Shown piece after piece: positions 45,447-57,000 of a stretch of 64,000 nt of DNA. A program made the translations under genes and the position numbers. The number at the start of each line of letters is the position of its first letter. Positions within the stretch are counted from its first letter, which is position 1. The stretch is from a virus. The DNA lies in IMG/VR virus record IMGVR_UViG_3300032334_001923, positions 32,001 to 96,000 of that record; one strand, given 5' to 3'. Under the pieces are notes generated by a model. That model searched no databases and was not told the DNA's origin. It saw nothing but the letters and a program-made list of their open reading frames with translations.

Positions 45447-48400
45447 ATGTCCAGTTTTTTCTATAGAAGACTTAATTTTTTCGATAAATCAGGTAAACCC
45501 CTGAATTTCGATTATATCGGCCCTACGGGTCCAACACCGTTGGACACCAACTTTACGTATATTAGTCAACCCAATCCTTATGGAATGGGACATGCTTATG
45601 TTGCTAATCTCAGCAGCAGCACCCCTTTAATTCAGATTCATATACAAGACCTAAACGGATTCTCTATAGAATCTTGGGCGGATGAGGCAATATCTTTTCT
45701 GGAACAGGGAGCAGATGTTTATTTTCACGGTAGCATCGTAGGCCAACAAGAATTTAAAGGTAAAGTACAGTCAATAACCAAAGTATTAGGTTTGGATTAT
45801 GTTCAGATCAATTTTGCTCCTGGCTACGTTTCTGGACAAACGATTATTAGTAACGGTAATCAGATTTACTTTAGAACAACATACGATCACAGACCAGGAG
45901 GTTATTATAAAGGAAACATATATTTTGAACCAGTTTCATCTGGACTCTATGAAAATGAACAGGTTTTTATAGTTCAGAATTTTCTATACCAACCTAACGG
46001 ACAGTACTACTACGGTCTTCCTCATACAGGGGTAACCGGTGCAACTGGATCTGGAAAATGGAGAAGTAGATGGTACAATGACAAATACGGTGAAACTGAT
46101 GTTTCTGAAATAATTTTCAGCTACAAGATAGAGGATCAGCTGGAAGGTGGAGACGGCCAACCGCTCATCGTTAGCTATCCGAACATACTTTTTGAAGTGG
46201 ATAAAAATTCATTCGACTATGTTTACGGAAACGGTTACATAGGAACGAATAGTATAACATCCTCAGCTTTAGCGGTGGACGTTGCATTAAACACAACTGA
46301 TCTTGCAGCTAATATTTATGAAAGAAAACTCATTATTGAGGACGTAACAGGGGGAACTGGATCTACTCCTCAGAAGGTTATAGAAATAGATTTTTACGGT
46401 CAGGTTATAGGGGAGGACGAAAGATTTGATGTTATGCTTCAGAATATGGGCAGAGCATTTTATCAAAGTGATTCTGTTATTCTTAGAGATCATGATCCCA
46501 AAGAGCCCCTTCCCAACTATATAGAGATAAACGAAAAAAGAAAAGAACTTCTAATAGCGGGAGAAGAGATTTTTCCTTATATAGGAAGTTATAAAGGTCT
46601 AATCAATGCTATAAAGTTTTTCGGATATCAGGATCTTAGGATTAAAGAATATTGGTTAAATCTTCAGTATAAAAAAGTTGAATCAGATTCACCAATCAAG
46701 AAGAATCAGGAATTTCTTAACGGTCTAAAGAGACAACAACAAACTCAAGGATATAGTCAGAGTTACCAGATTGCGGACGTATTAGATAATCCAAATTCAG
46801 GAAAGTATAAATTAGTTCAGACGTATGGTCCTAATAAGGACGGAGAATACGTTTTAAGTGTTGCTTCTGAAGACACATTGCTACCTAGTAGAACTTTTAA
46901 AAAGACCTCTTTATTTGGTCTTTACTACGATCTAAATAAAGATTCTGGAGAAGTTGATGATAATGGATATCCTGTCGTTGTAGATGCTTTTAAATTTACT
47001 CAGGAGGAGGTTTTAGTAAAACTATTCGCTCTTAAGGAGAGACTTAAAAGTGATTATCTACCACTGAATGCTAGAATAGTTGATATCACGGGTGAGGGTA
47101 TTTACTTTGATGTATACAACACCAGATCATGGACTGATGTAATGCAAAGACCTGATATTGATGCTGGTCTTTATTTCGATGTTAGATCTAATCCGGATTT
47201 CGGGTTTATTGAGGACCTTAGAAATTTCTCAGTTCGTCCACTTTCAACCTCTATACAAACGCCATCTAATTATTTCAATCAGTACAGCGCAAGTGTTAGT
47301 GTATCCGGTGGAACAGGTAGCGCAATATATTTTAACGGAATCCCAGCAACTGGACCAAACCCAACCTTATATGTAACCCAAGGTAAAACTTACGAATTCA
47401 CTATAGGAACAACCGGGTTTAATTTGTATTTAACAACTGATCCAACCCTGAGCTCTGTGGTAGATCCCGTTGGATTACAAAACAATGGAGCCACCTCTGG
47501 AGGATCTCCGATAGAGTGGTATGTGAATCCTCTTCAGGGATCACCTGTTTATTATTTCTCTCCTCAGAATCCTAGTTTATTAAATGGACAAATAGTTGTT
47601 CAAACATCGGAGATATCTGATCTTGGAAATATCATAGATCCTCTTTCAGCTCAACAGAACTACAGTGCAGACCAAAACACTTCTTTACTGAGTGCGATAG
47701 AGAATTTCTATAGATTGAAGCAACAGGGTGAAATAAAGGAATTAGGAGACGGTAAATACGATCCTCCGGCCTACATAGATCCTTCCACAGGACTCACGTA
47801 TAGAACTTCTATAGGAACTCCGATCGTTCTAGAATTGATCTTAGATAGATGGAGCTGGGACGAACTTAATGTTAACTGGACATCAATCATTTTACCTATT
47901 TTTAGGGTAGGCGACAGAGTTCAAGTTAGAGACCCAAACAATTTTGCATATCAAACTTTCGGAACTGTTACTTCGGTTAGTTATTCTACCGGTGTTTATG
48001 ACGTGTTCCTTGATAGCTTTTCTACTACTCTACAATATGACGAATCCCAATTATTTGCTAGCCTTCAGAATTATGGAATTCTCAACTGGGCAAATATAGA
48101 TTTTTCTAACATGGTTGAGATTGAGTGGATTCTCGATAAGGAGACAACCCAATCTGGAAGTCCTTATCATTTTGAATTTAGAGGTCTTATTCTTGATTTC
48201 TATAAGTTAGCTCACTTTGTTCCTTATACTGGTGAATATAAAGTCACCTGTAATATTTATGATGCCTTTAATGTTAAGAGCACAGTCATAAATCACGGAG
48301 CTCTTGTTGTTAGTCCTAAGACTATAGAAATAGATGCTTGGACTAGATACAGAGAATCTCAGAGTTATGAGTGGATTAATACAATAAAACAATGGGACGA

Positions 48401-50288
48401 CTATCAGTCTATCTGGGAGTATCCTGCTGAAGGATCTTCTATAGAGGTTTTAGAAAAAACAATACCTAGCGAAATCCTAGATTTTGCAACATACGGAAAT
48501 AAATCAGAAGATGGACAGGACGTTTATGTTAAAGTTAAAACTAAACCGATCGGTGCAACTGGTGCTATAGTTCTAACCCAAACAAATCTTGTGATCACTG
48601 ATATCTCATCATATCAGATCTCTCTTGGACAATATGGATATGCAACAGTTACAACATCAACTCCACACAATCTTTCAACTGGAGAGGAAGTTACGATTTT
48701 AAATACGATACCTCAGATAATTGGTAGATGGTCAGTAATAGTTCCATCAGGATCTACTAACACCTTTAAAATACCATTAGTTATAGAAAACACCTGGAGT
48801 GGAATTTTAGTTCAAACATCTCCTAATCGATTATCCGTCGACACCACCCCAGCTGGATATCAAAATCAATATCTGACAGGAGCTGGAACGATAATGATAA
48901 CCGTTGGCGGAAGGGATATCGGATCATCAGATTCTGGTGACTCCCTATATAAAACGGCAAATGCTATAGTATCGTCGGTAAACTCTTTAAAAACTTATCC
49001 CGATTACTTCGCTTCTTGTACTGATCCTAGTCAAGATCCAGTTACAATTATAATATCAGCTCAGGATAGTTTAGGAGCAGATCAGAATGGTGTCTCGATG
49101 AACGTGACTTCAACGGGTTCTGTTTCGATTGTTTATTCTTCTCCGAATCTCGATTATGGGGTTAGTCCAACTGAAACCTATGAATATTGGTACGAGTCAA
49201 GCGGTGTTTTACCTAATGCTAATCTTAAATACTGGGGAACTAAAAAATTAGATTGGCAGATTTTCACCGACAGCACATGGGATAATTCTTATGCTCACGG
49301 ATGGTATGATTTTGAATTCAATAACGATTGGCTGGGCGGATATGAACTTCATAATATAAAGCCAGGTGATAATGTAAAACTCAGTACAGGTAGTCCGACA
49401 TATCCATTTCCTATTGGGATAACAATACAGCCTGGTGTTTCTGCTTTAACTGTTCAGGAGGTTGCTGATCAGCTTAATTCATCTTCTGATAGATACGTTA
49501 CTGATTTTTACTATAGACCTATTCCGAACGAGTCCGGAAGTCTTCCCATAGATTCACCTCCTATAAACTTGGATATAAACAACTTCGGAATTCCGAATTC
49601 TTTATATCCTCCGCCTATTTCAGTAATCGGAGGAAGCCAGATCCTTATCGCTTCTTTTGGTATAACCGGAGGAACATCTATAACCACAACAACAAGTACC
49701 ACAACAACAAGTACTTCGACAACAAGTACTTCGACAACAAGTACTTCGACAACAAGTACTTCAACAACAACAAGTACAACCACAGCTCCTCCTCCTGATT
49801 GCTCTCTATCAGGAACGGCTTCTATGGTTTATCCGACGACTACAACAACTAGTACGACTACAATTGCTCCGACGACTACAACAACTAGTACGACTACAAT
49901 TGCTCCGACGACTACAACAACTACAACTATCGCACCTACAACAACTAGTACAACCACAGCTGGAACAGTTACGGTTCTGTTTGAGACAATTGTAGACGGT
50001 AGTGCTAGTGGTTCGACTACTTTTAGACTAATGAAAAATGGACTTACAGTCGTAAATATCATAAACCTCGACGTAAGTAACACCTATACATACAATGTTG
50101 GCGACACCATCGAAGCACGATTGATAACGGCTTCAGGTAACGTATATAGTGAAGTAGCTATCTATCAAGATCCATTTATCCTTCTAGATACCTCAGGATA
50201 TGGCGGAGGCACTCGTATTGCAGGACCTATTACAACATCAGGCGGACAAAGCTATACTGTTGAATGTGTAGCTAGTGCATTACCTTAA
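45447..50288 (+). CDS. Large baseplate wedge/tail protein (gp7-like core) with PKD-like module and Thr/Ser-rich C-terminal tracts
   Basis: IFPYIGSYKGLINAIKFFGY, LPLNARIVDITGE, PYTGEYKVTCNIYD, TTTTSTTTTSTSTTSTS and PTTTTTSTTTIA tracts. Confidence 0.7.
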   Translation: MSSFFYRRLNFFDKSGKPLNFDYIGPTGPTPLDTNFTYISQPNPYGMGHAYVANLSSSTPLIQIHIQDLNGFSIESWADEAISFLEQGADVYFHGSIVGQQEFKGKVQSITKVLGLDYVQINFAPGYVSGQTIISNGNQIYFRTTYDHRPGGYYKGNIYFEPVSSGLYENEQVFIVQNFLYQPNGQYYYGLPHTGVTGATGSGKWRSRWYNDKYGETDVSEIIFSYKIEDQLEGGDGQPLIVSYPNILFEVDKNSFDYVYGNGYIGTNSITSSALAVDVALNTTDLAANIYERKLIIEDVTGGTGSTPQKVIEIDFYGQVIGEDERFDVMLQNMGRAFYQSDSVILRDHDPKEPLPNYIEINEKRKELLIAGEEIFPYIGSYKGLINAIKFFGYQDLRIKEYWLNLQYKKVESDSPIKKNQEFLNGLKRQQQTQGYSQSYQIADVLDNPNSGKYKLVQTYGPNKDGEYVLSVASEDTLLPSRTFKKTSLFGLYYDLNKDSGEVDDNGYPVVVDAFKFTQEEVLVKLFALKERLKSDYLPLNARIVDITGEGIYFDVYNTRSWTDVMQRPDIDAGLYFDVRSNPDFGFIEDLRNFSVRPLSTSIQTPSNYFNQYSASVSVSGGTGSAIYFNGIPATGPNPTLYVTQGKTYEFTIGTTGFNLYLTTDPTLSSVVDPVGLQNNGATSGGSPIEWYVNPLQGSPVYYFSPQNPSLLNGQIVVQTSEISDLGNIIDPLSAQQNYSADQNTSLLSAIENFYRLKQQGEIKELGDGKYDPPAYIDPSTGLTYRTSIGTPIVLELILDRWSWDELNVNWTSIILPIFRVGDRVQVRDPNNFAYQTFGTVTSVSYSTGVYDVFLDSFSTTLQYDESQLFASLQNYGILNWANIDFSNMVEIEWILDKETTQSGSPYHFEFRGLILDFYKLAHFVPYTGEYKVTCNIYDAFNVKSTVINHGALVVSPKTIEIDAWTRYRESQSYEWINTIKQWDDYQSIWEYPAEGSSIEVLEKTIPSEILDFATYGNKSEDGQDVYVKVKTKPIGATGAIVLTQTNLVITDISSYQISLGQYGYATVTTSTPHNLSTGEEVTILNTIPQIIGRWSVIVPSGSTNTFKIPLVIENTWSGILVQTSPNRLSVDTTPAGYQNQYLTGAGTIMITVGGRDIGSSDSGDSLYKTANAIVSSVNSLKTYPDYFASCTDPSQDPVTIIISAQDSLGADQNGVSMNVTSTGSVSIVYSSPNLDYGVSPTETYEYWYESSGVLPNANLKYWGTKKLDWQIFTDSTWDNSYAHGWYDFEFNNDWLGGYELHNIKPGDNVKLSTGSPTYPFPIGITIQPGVSALTVQEVADQLNSSSDRYVTDFYYRPIPNESGSLPIDSPPINLDINNFGIPNSLYPPPISVIGGSQILIASFGITGGTSITTTTSTTTTSTSTTSTSTTSTSTTSTSTTTSTTTAPPPDCSLSGTASMVYPTTTTTSTTTIAPTTTTTSTTTIAPTTTTTTTIAPTTTSTTTAGTVTVLFETIVDGSASGSTTFRLMKNGLTVVNIINLDVSNTYTYNVGDTIEARLITASGNVYSEVAIYQDPFILLDTSGYGGGTRIAGPITTSGGQSYTVECVASALP
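49683..49784 (+). repeat. Thr/Ser-coding low-complexity tract containing four 15-bp units (ACAACAAGTACTTCG)
   Basis: Units at 49704, 49719, 49734 and 49749 (the last ends TCA) encode TTSTS. Confidence 0.93.
49833..49960 (+). repeat. Thr-rich 36-bp coding repeat (PTTTTTSTTTIA), two perfect units plus two shortened variants
   Basis: Identical 36-mers at 49833 and 49869. Confidence 0.93.
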
Positions 50289-50299
50289 AAATTTAAAAC

Positions 50300-51295
50300 A
50301 TGGCATCAGTATTAATAACATTAACAACAGCAGGAACAGATACGGGACCTTTCAACCTGTATTCAAATACGGATGGATACGTTACCGCTTTTCAGACTAA
50401 CGTGTCTAAAATTCTTCTTATTGGTGGATATACATCTACCCTAGTTCCAAATGGAACAACCACCATAAGAGTGAAGTCAAACAACCCTGGACTTTGTACG
50501 AATTATGTGGATCTTGCAGTTTCTGGTATGACAACTACAACAACTACCACAACTGCTGCACCTATTGGATTCTATTGGCTTAACGGAGGATCAGCAAATT
50601 CGTTTAGTGGAGCTTTCATGAGATTGACAAGTCCTTACACGTCTTCCAATTTCTTGAACAATCAATCCCTTACAAGCGGAACAACAAAAGCTTGGACTTC
50701 ATCCCCTCCCATTCCTCTTGCATCTACAAATTCTAGTTTTTTCTTTACTGGTGTCCCTAGTAGTCTTAGTTTGACCGGAAATGCTACTCTCACGATGCTA
50801 CCAAGTAATACTAACACTAATACAAATCTTATTGTAGGTGCGACTTCAGCAAGTCTTAGTTGGACTGGGATTAATACCACGGGTCAAACAAGCATGCAGG
50901 TTACTATGTATACTAGCACTGCTGCGACAACTAGTACGACTACAATTGCTCCTAACTCTTATGTGTTAGATTATTCTGCTAATAAGAATATTCAGACGTG
51001 GACTTTGTCCATAAATGGATCTGCATCTTTCTATAATAGTGCTTTCCCGGCGGCTACTATTAATTATTTCTATATACCTACAACATATTCTGGAACATTT
51101 GTTCTTGCTTTTATTATGTTAGGCACACCTTCGTCTGTTAGTGCAGTCTTTACAGGAAGCGGAAGTGGAGGTCCTCATACTGCTACTACGGTCTACCAGT
51201 CTAGTTATGGAATTTATAGTGTTTATAAATCGACTTGGACAAGTAAAACTATTGGTGGAGGACCAGGAAATGGAATGTATATCACAATATTTTAA
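50300..51295 (+). CDS. Tail-associated modular protein with Thr-rich linkers
   Basis: N-terminal VLITLTTAGTDTGPFNLYSNTDGY..RVKSN..CTNYVDL domain, then TTTTTTTTAAP and ATTSTTTIAP linkers separating two Ser/Thr-rich beta-type domains. Confidence 0.65.
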   Translation: MASVLITLTTAGTDTGPFNLYSNTDGYVTAFQTNVSKILLIGGYTSTLVPNGTTTIRVKSNNPGLCTNYVDLAVSGMTTTTTTTTAAPIGFYWLNGGSANSFSGAFMRLTSPYTSSNFLNNQSLTSGTTKAWTSSPPIPLASTNSSFFFTGVPSSLSLTGNATLTMLPSNTNTNTNLIVGATSASLSWTGINTTGQTSMQVTMYTSTAATTSTTTIAPNSYVLDYSANKNIQTWTLSINGSASFYNSAFPAATINYFYIPTTYSGTFVLAFIMLGTPSSVSAVFTGSGSGGPHTATTVYQSSYGIYSVYKSTWTSKTIGGGPGNGMYITIF

Positions 51296-51307
51296 CAATT
51301 AAAAAAT

Positions 51308-52282
51308 ATGCAAAAAAAAGTAATATTTATTAGTGTACAGCCAGACGATCCATACTTCTTTTGGCAGGTCGAGGTTTTTATACATAATTTTATGAAATCT
51401 GGTGTTCCTTCCCGCAATATACATGTTCTTTTTTCCTATGAGAATGAACCAAGTCAGGGATTATTGGAGTTAGCTCAGAAATATAAATTCATAAAATTCT
51501 TTTTTTACAAAAAAACTCCGGTTGATAATTTTGGATACATTCCTATTTTAAGACCGGATGCTCTAGAACAGCACTTTAGAAAATTCCCTCATCTAGCTAA
51601 CGAGATTTTTTTCTATCACGATTCTGATATAATCTTTAGAGAACTTCCTAATTTCGATTCTTTAAAAGATGATGAATTCTGGTATCTTAGTGACACGATC
51701 TCCTATATAGGTGGAGACTATATTAAATCTAAATCAGATTCTCTGCTAACAGAGCTCTGTCAGGTAGCAGGAATCGATAGATCGGTAGTTGAAGAAAACG
51801 AGAATAATTCAGGGGGAGCACAATATTTACTAAAAGAAATAGATGCTGACTATTGGGCTGATGTGAATAAAGTAACCCTGGATCTTTATAAATATATGTC
51901 AGAGAGGGAAGTAGAAGAGAGAAAGACATTAACAGAGGAGCAGCTAATATCTTACAACCCTATTCAGAAATGGTGCGCTGATATGTGGGGGGTTTTATGG
52001 TGCGGATGGAAGAGAGGACTTAAATCTAAGATCACTCCGGAATTTGGATTCAGCTGGGGCTCTTCAAGTTCTCAAGAGTGGAGTTATTTTAAGATCATGC
52101 ACAATGCAGGAGCTATGAATAATGAAGGAGGAAAAAGATTTTACAAAGCGGAATACATGACAAAAAGTCCTTTTGATGCAGATCTATCGTCAATAGATCC
52201 TGCTAATAACACATGGAACTATGTTCAAGCAATACTCTCAGCAAAAGAGAAGAGAAAGTCTCTTTGGGAGGGGTCTTTATAA
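51308..52282 (+). CDS. Putative GT-A glycosyltransferase (protein O-glycosyltransferase-like)
   Basis: DxD motif FFYHDSDIIF, plus YFFWQVEVFIHNF, YIPILRP, GGAQYL and WCADMWGVLW. The layout recalls peptidyl-Ser galactosyl-/Hyp arabinosyltransferases (from memory). Confidence 0.6.
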   Translation: MQKKVIFISVQPDDPYFFWQVEVFIHNFMKSGVPSRNIHVLFSYENEPSQGLLELAQKYKFIKFFFYKKTPVDNFGYIPILRPDALEQHFRKFPHLANEIFFYHDSDIIFRELPNFDSLKDDEFWYLSDTISYIGGDYIKSKSDSLLTELCQVAGIDRSVVEENENNSGGAQYLLKEIDADYWADVNKVTLDLYKYMSEREVEERKTLTEEQLISYNPIQKWCADMWGVLWCGWKRGLKSKITPEFGFSWGSSSSQEWSYFKIMHNAGAMNNEGGKRFYKAEYMTKSPFDADLSSIDPANNTWNYVQAILSAKEKRKSLWEGSL

Positions 52283-52306
52283 TAAGAATATATAGAAGAA
52301 ACTAAA

Positions 52307-54073
52307 ATGGCAAACACACCCACAGGGATAAATCAGGGAGATTTTATTTATTTCTACGACACGAGCACAGGAAACGTGACCGGGTGGGATTGGTATTTTC
52401 CTGGAGGTACTCCAACAGGAAGTTTTTCTTTCGCTCAGTTGGTTAATTATTACAATGTTAATACAAACGGATATCCCGTTAGTCTTAGTGTTACCGATGG
52501 CGTTATAACATCATCAGTTACAGAGAATAATTTGATAGTGGTATCACCAGAACAGATATCACCTTCACTTTTAATCAGTACCCCGATTGGTCCTTTCCCT
52601 TCAGGCACTGCTAATCTGAGTGAAAGCATTACTTTTACAGCAACCGGTGGAACCGGATCTGGGATTCAATATTACACGTGGAACCTACCAGGTACAGCAG
52701 GATTCACGGGAACGTCACCTTCAGTAACCACCAACATTTATGACTGGTTGACTCTGACAGGGTCTGATCTTGGTGCTTTGTATAGCACATATTTTGCATC
52801 TGCTCAGGTTTCTTTATCGACAGTGGTTGGTAATACCTTTGTTGCATCTAATTCGCTAACGTATAATAAGAGTGGAATAGCCGAGAGCTTCAATCTTTGT
52901 GATGTTAATGTGACTGGACCTACAGCTCATAACATCCAATACTATCAAGTTTCTCCTTACAATCTAGCAACTATAAACACGTCAACTATTGGTTTACTAG
53001 GATCTTCATATCTAGTCATGGAAACAAAACAACTAGATTCTAGCTACACTATAAATAACTTGTCATCCCATGTGGAAGGTGAGACTGTTAATTTTTACTC
53101 TCCGAGTATGGACATAATGACCAATTCAGAGGGAAGAATCCCTGGACTGGTCGTGGCTTCAGGTTCTGCTTTTAGTGTGATGGGGGTATCGGTTCCTCCT
53201 CTCAACAGATACACGGTTGGTAAGTATATGTGGCCTAATGATATTAGCGGAGTTCTAGGGAATCAATTTTATTTTGCTGACTCGTCAGGAGCATTAACAA
53301 CCCCTTTAACTGTGGGAGCATCAGGAGATTATACCAAAAGATGCTGGTCTGATGATGCCCTTGATCTCTTCTTGAACGATGTCTCTTATGCTAGTGTCAG
53401 TTCTAAAAGCTGGGAGAATTCTCAATCAGCTTTGCCCTCTAAGGTTAACGGTGTCGATGGCGGATTAAACTCTCGTGGACCTTGCTATCCAGCAAGCATC
53501 GCAATGGGTGGAATTGATGTTGCGATTACCCTTAGATTTTACGGAGGACCTACTAGATCATGGACTGGTTCATCGCTTTTAGGAAGCTTGGTCATTAACG
53601 TAAGCACTTCGAATGCGAGAGGAAATTCACCAGACGGAACTATTCTGCTGGCTCAGGACACTGGATATTACACACAAAAGGGATTAGCTTTCAAACTGAA
53701 CTCTGCTTTCTCCTCCGCAAATTTAACCCCTTATATGAGTGCAGTGGCTAGCAAATATCTTGCAACATACGAACTTATGCCAGAAGTTGACCGTGATGAA
53801 TTTAACGGGCTTCAGGTTTCAATAATTGATGAGTATGTTACTAGCGCCAAAGGGTCTTTACCTATACTGAGTGCGGGAAGCATCCCCGATGGCTACTTTA
53901 TAACCAAAGTTGAATTTACTAATACCGCTGGAAGTTGGACTAGTCCTTTTACTGGTTATCCCTCATATAATTGGCTGGGTTTTTATTTAGACGGTCTAGA
54001 CTTATTTCTTTTCAACCTGGCAAACTCAACATATGATTCAGGACCAAGAAGAGGTTGGTTTTTCACAGGATAA
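52307..54073 (+). CDS. PKD-domain tail-associated protein
   Basis: FYDTSTGNVTGWDWYFPGGTP..YPVSLSVTDG and a second ITFTATG..YYTWNLPG module. Ser/Thr/Gly-rich. Confidence 0.7.
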   Translation: MANTPTGINQGDFIYFYDTSTGNVTGWDWYFPGGTPTGSFSFAQLVNYYNVNTNGYPVSLSVTDGVITSSVTENNLIVVSPEQISPSLLISTPIGPFPSGTANLSESITFTATGGTGSGIQYYTWNLPGTAGFTGTSPSVTTNIYDWLTLTGSDLGALYSTYFASAQVSLSTVVGNTFVASNSLTYNKSGIAESFNLCDVNVTGPTAHNIQYYQVSPYNLATINTSTIGLLGSSYLVMETKQLDSSYTINNLSSHVEGETVNFYSPSMDIMTNSEGRIPGLVVASGSAFSVMGVSVPPLNRYTVGKYMWPNDISGVLGNQFYFADSSGALTTPLTVGASGDYTKRCWSDDALDLFLNDVSYASVSSKSWENSQSALPSKVNGVDGGLNSRGPCYPASIAMGGIDVAITLRFYGGPTRSWTGSSLLGSLVINVSTSNARGNSPDGTILLAQDTGYYTQKGLAFKLNSAFSSANLTPYMSAVASKYLATYELMPEVDRDEFNGLQVSIIDEYVTSAKGSLPILSAGSIPDGYFITKVEFTNTAGSWTSPFTGYPSYNWLGFYLDGLDLFLFNLANSTYDSGPRRGWFFTG

Positions 54074-54097
54074 CAAACTTATAATATATAATTTCAA

Positions 54098-57000
54098 ATG
54101 CCAAGTGCTTCATTAAATATCAATCAAATAGCTTTAGACTCTCAGTTTTATGTTTGGGGATCGGGAGAAGATGTCAGAAGATTCAACGGATCTTCATGGG
54201 AATATTACAACTATCTAAATTCAGCTGTGCCTGGACCCTTTGGTGGTTCATTTTCACTGGACACCAGAACCGTCTCTATAGACCCCGAGGAGAAACTTTG
54301 GTGTGGAGTTGCTGAAGGCCCAACATCAGGGTTCAATGAAGTTGCGGTTTTCTATATCAACACAAACGACGTTGATGAAGGTGAATCTTGGAGATTTTCA
54401 GATCTTGGAGATTTTGGAGGAATCCCACAAGAAACATCTTTCGTCTATGCTTGTCCATTTGGTGATGACGTTTACGCTTTTGTTACCCCTCTTAATGGTA
54501 TAGGTGGAACTGCAGGAATTTCTAATTATACTAGATTCTACGGGGTTACCGGAGGGAGACTTTTTTACCATCTGAAAGAGACGGGTCAATGGAAAGAGAC
54601 AATTCCAAATTATCCTTGGCCACATATCTATGACATGCAAGCTAAAGGTATAGACGGAAAAAGTTATTTCTATTATGTTGCAACCAACGAGGGACTTATG
54701 ACAATTCCTCAGGGAAGTCTTTCCACTGTTGAACTTACTGACGGAACTCAAATAATTAAACAAGCACAGGTTTACAACACCCACACATCAGGAATAATCT
54801 CTGATAACGTTTATGCTCTTGACCTTGACGAAGACGGGAATCTTTGGATGGGTACAGATAAAGGCCTTTCATTTTTTAACGGGCATGGATTCTGGAACTA
54901 TGGAACAACTGGACCTGTGACTGCGATTAAATCTAGACCTAACGGCCACGTGTTCTACTCAACAGGGGATGGCGAGCTTGGCCAGGGTGCTGGTCTTTGG
55001 CATTTTAACGGCAGTACACACACTTTATTTACAAATTCTAATTCTACCCTTTCAAGCAATAATATCATCGATATTGAGCTCGTAGGAGGCAATATAGATC
55101 AGTCTGGACTTATTGCTCACGAGAATGCCCTTTGGGTTCTAGAGTACAATGTGCTTTCTTCTTTTGATTATGATATTCCACATGTTTACGGGTCTTCCAA
55201 GTATGCTGGAGCTACCGGATGGAATTTCGTCTACTACAGTCCTACTGGAGGAACTAGTGCTCCTTTGCCTAAGGTGAACAAATATACTTGGACATATCCA
55301 GAGTGGAGGGTTTATCAAGATGATTATCTTGCTTCCAAACATCCTGGACTTGATCCGAGGAATTTATTCATGACCACGAAGCTGAGCGCTATAGCAGACG
55401 GCAGAGCAGGAAAACAGCCTTATTGGGATAATTTCCCTCTTCCAAGTTACGAACAGGAAGTTTGGGAAGGCAAGGTAACAGGTCCAACTTGGATAAAGGA
55501 AATAGCTCTAGTCGGAACTGATGCAGGATATGATTATCCTGATTTAAAAATAACTTGCTCTACAACTCTAAACGTTGATGGATCAACTAAATTGTATATT
55601 GGTGGAGAAATCTCCGGAAATACGACAGGGTATCTAGGTTATTATAATGATACCGAGCTAGCAACAGTTGTGAATCTAAATCCCACAATGGGAGGAAGTG
55701 CTGCTAGTGTGCTAGATTCCAATTCAGGATTTTTTGCTAAAATGGGATTCATTGCTTGCTATGATGAAGATGGGTATGTTGAATCCGTACTTCCTTTTAG
55801 AGGTTACTCAACTAAAATAGATTCACTGTCACCTTCTGCAGATGGGAATTCAATCATAGCTACCGGATCTTATAATTGGCTAATAGAAAACGGACCTTAT
55901 GTTTATCCCGGATGGCTTGGAGCAACAAATACTTATTTAGGTGGGCCTACAGGAGCTCCTATAGGTCTAACGAATATTAACGTTCCTGGTGCAACCACTG
56001 GGATTTACAACTGGATAACTTCAGTGGGTCAGACTGGGTCTAATTTCTTCTACACTTATAGTGGAGGATCAACAAGTACTCTAGTATACATCGGGGTTCT
56101 CGGACCTGGAGCTGGTAACCCCGGAGGAATCGATTTCGAATACAATGTGGGAGCTTTAACCCAATATGCCCATGATGTGAGTGCTATAACGGTCAACTTT
56201 ATTGACTTCAACATGACTGATTGGAGTAATGCTTATGAGCAACTCCCTACCGGATACGTGATAACAATTACTGACTATGTCGGAACAGGGGAAGTTCTTG
56301 CCAATTATACAATAGATTCAATAAATCTAGGGAATAACGGACCGGGAAGCACCGCAAAATTTAACGTTACATATCAAGGAGGAACCTCAGGGAACATAGA
56401 TTTCAATGTTATTACGTATTCTTTTCTTGGATTTGATGTTTATTCGTATCTGACTAGCTGCTTCCCTCTTGTACCTGCACTAGAAACAATTAGCAGTCAA
56501 GAATCTGCAAATATACACGCCCCTGGAGTTTTTGTAGCTCAGATTGAGAAAGACCTTGGCGATATAAGTTCATTTGCTGGTATAACTGGAGATTACACTT
56601 CTGATATCAGGAAGTCTTATAGAATAACCGACTTTAGAACTTTCCCTTCAGTTAACCAAGTCCCTTCCTCAACATCAGAAACTTTAAACTCGATATACTC
56701 AAAATCTGATACCAGTGCTAATTTTGTAAATGTCGCTATAGTTTCAGGAGCTACTGCTGCTCCTAGTTTATCTACATTGAAGAATTCGTGGAACAGAAAC
56801 AATGATAATCCATCTACTGTTGAAGTTTTAAAAGATCCGCTCTCTCAGAACTTCATGTCTTATGTGAGATTAAATGCTTCTGATTTTTCTTTACAGACAA
56901 CTGTTAATGCTGAGGGATCTACATCTGGGTACTTATACCAAGGAATAAATTCTTTGAACTCTCTATCCAATGAAGATACTGTTTTAATCACGGGTAATTC

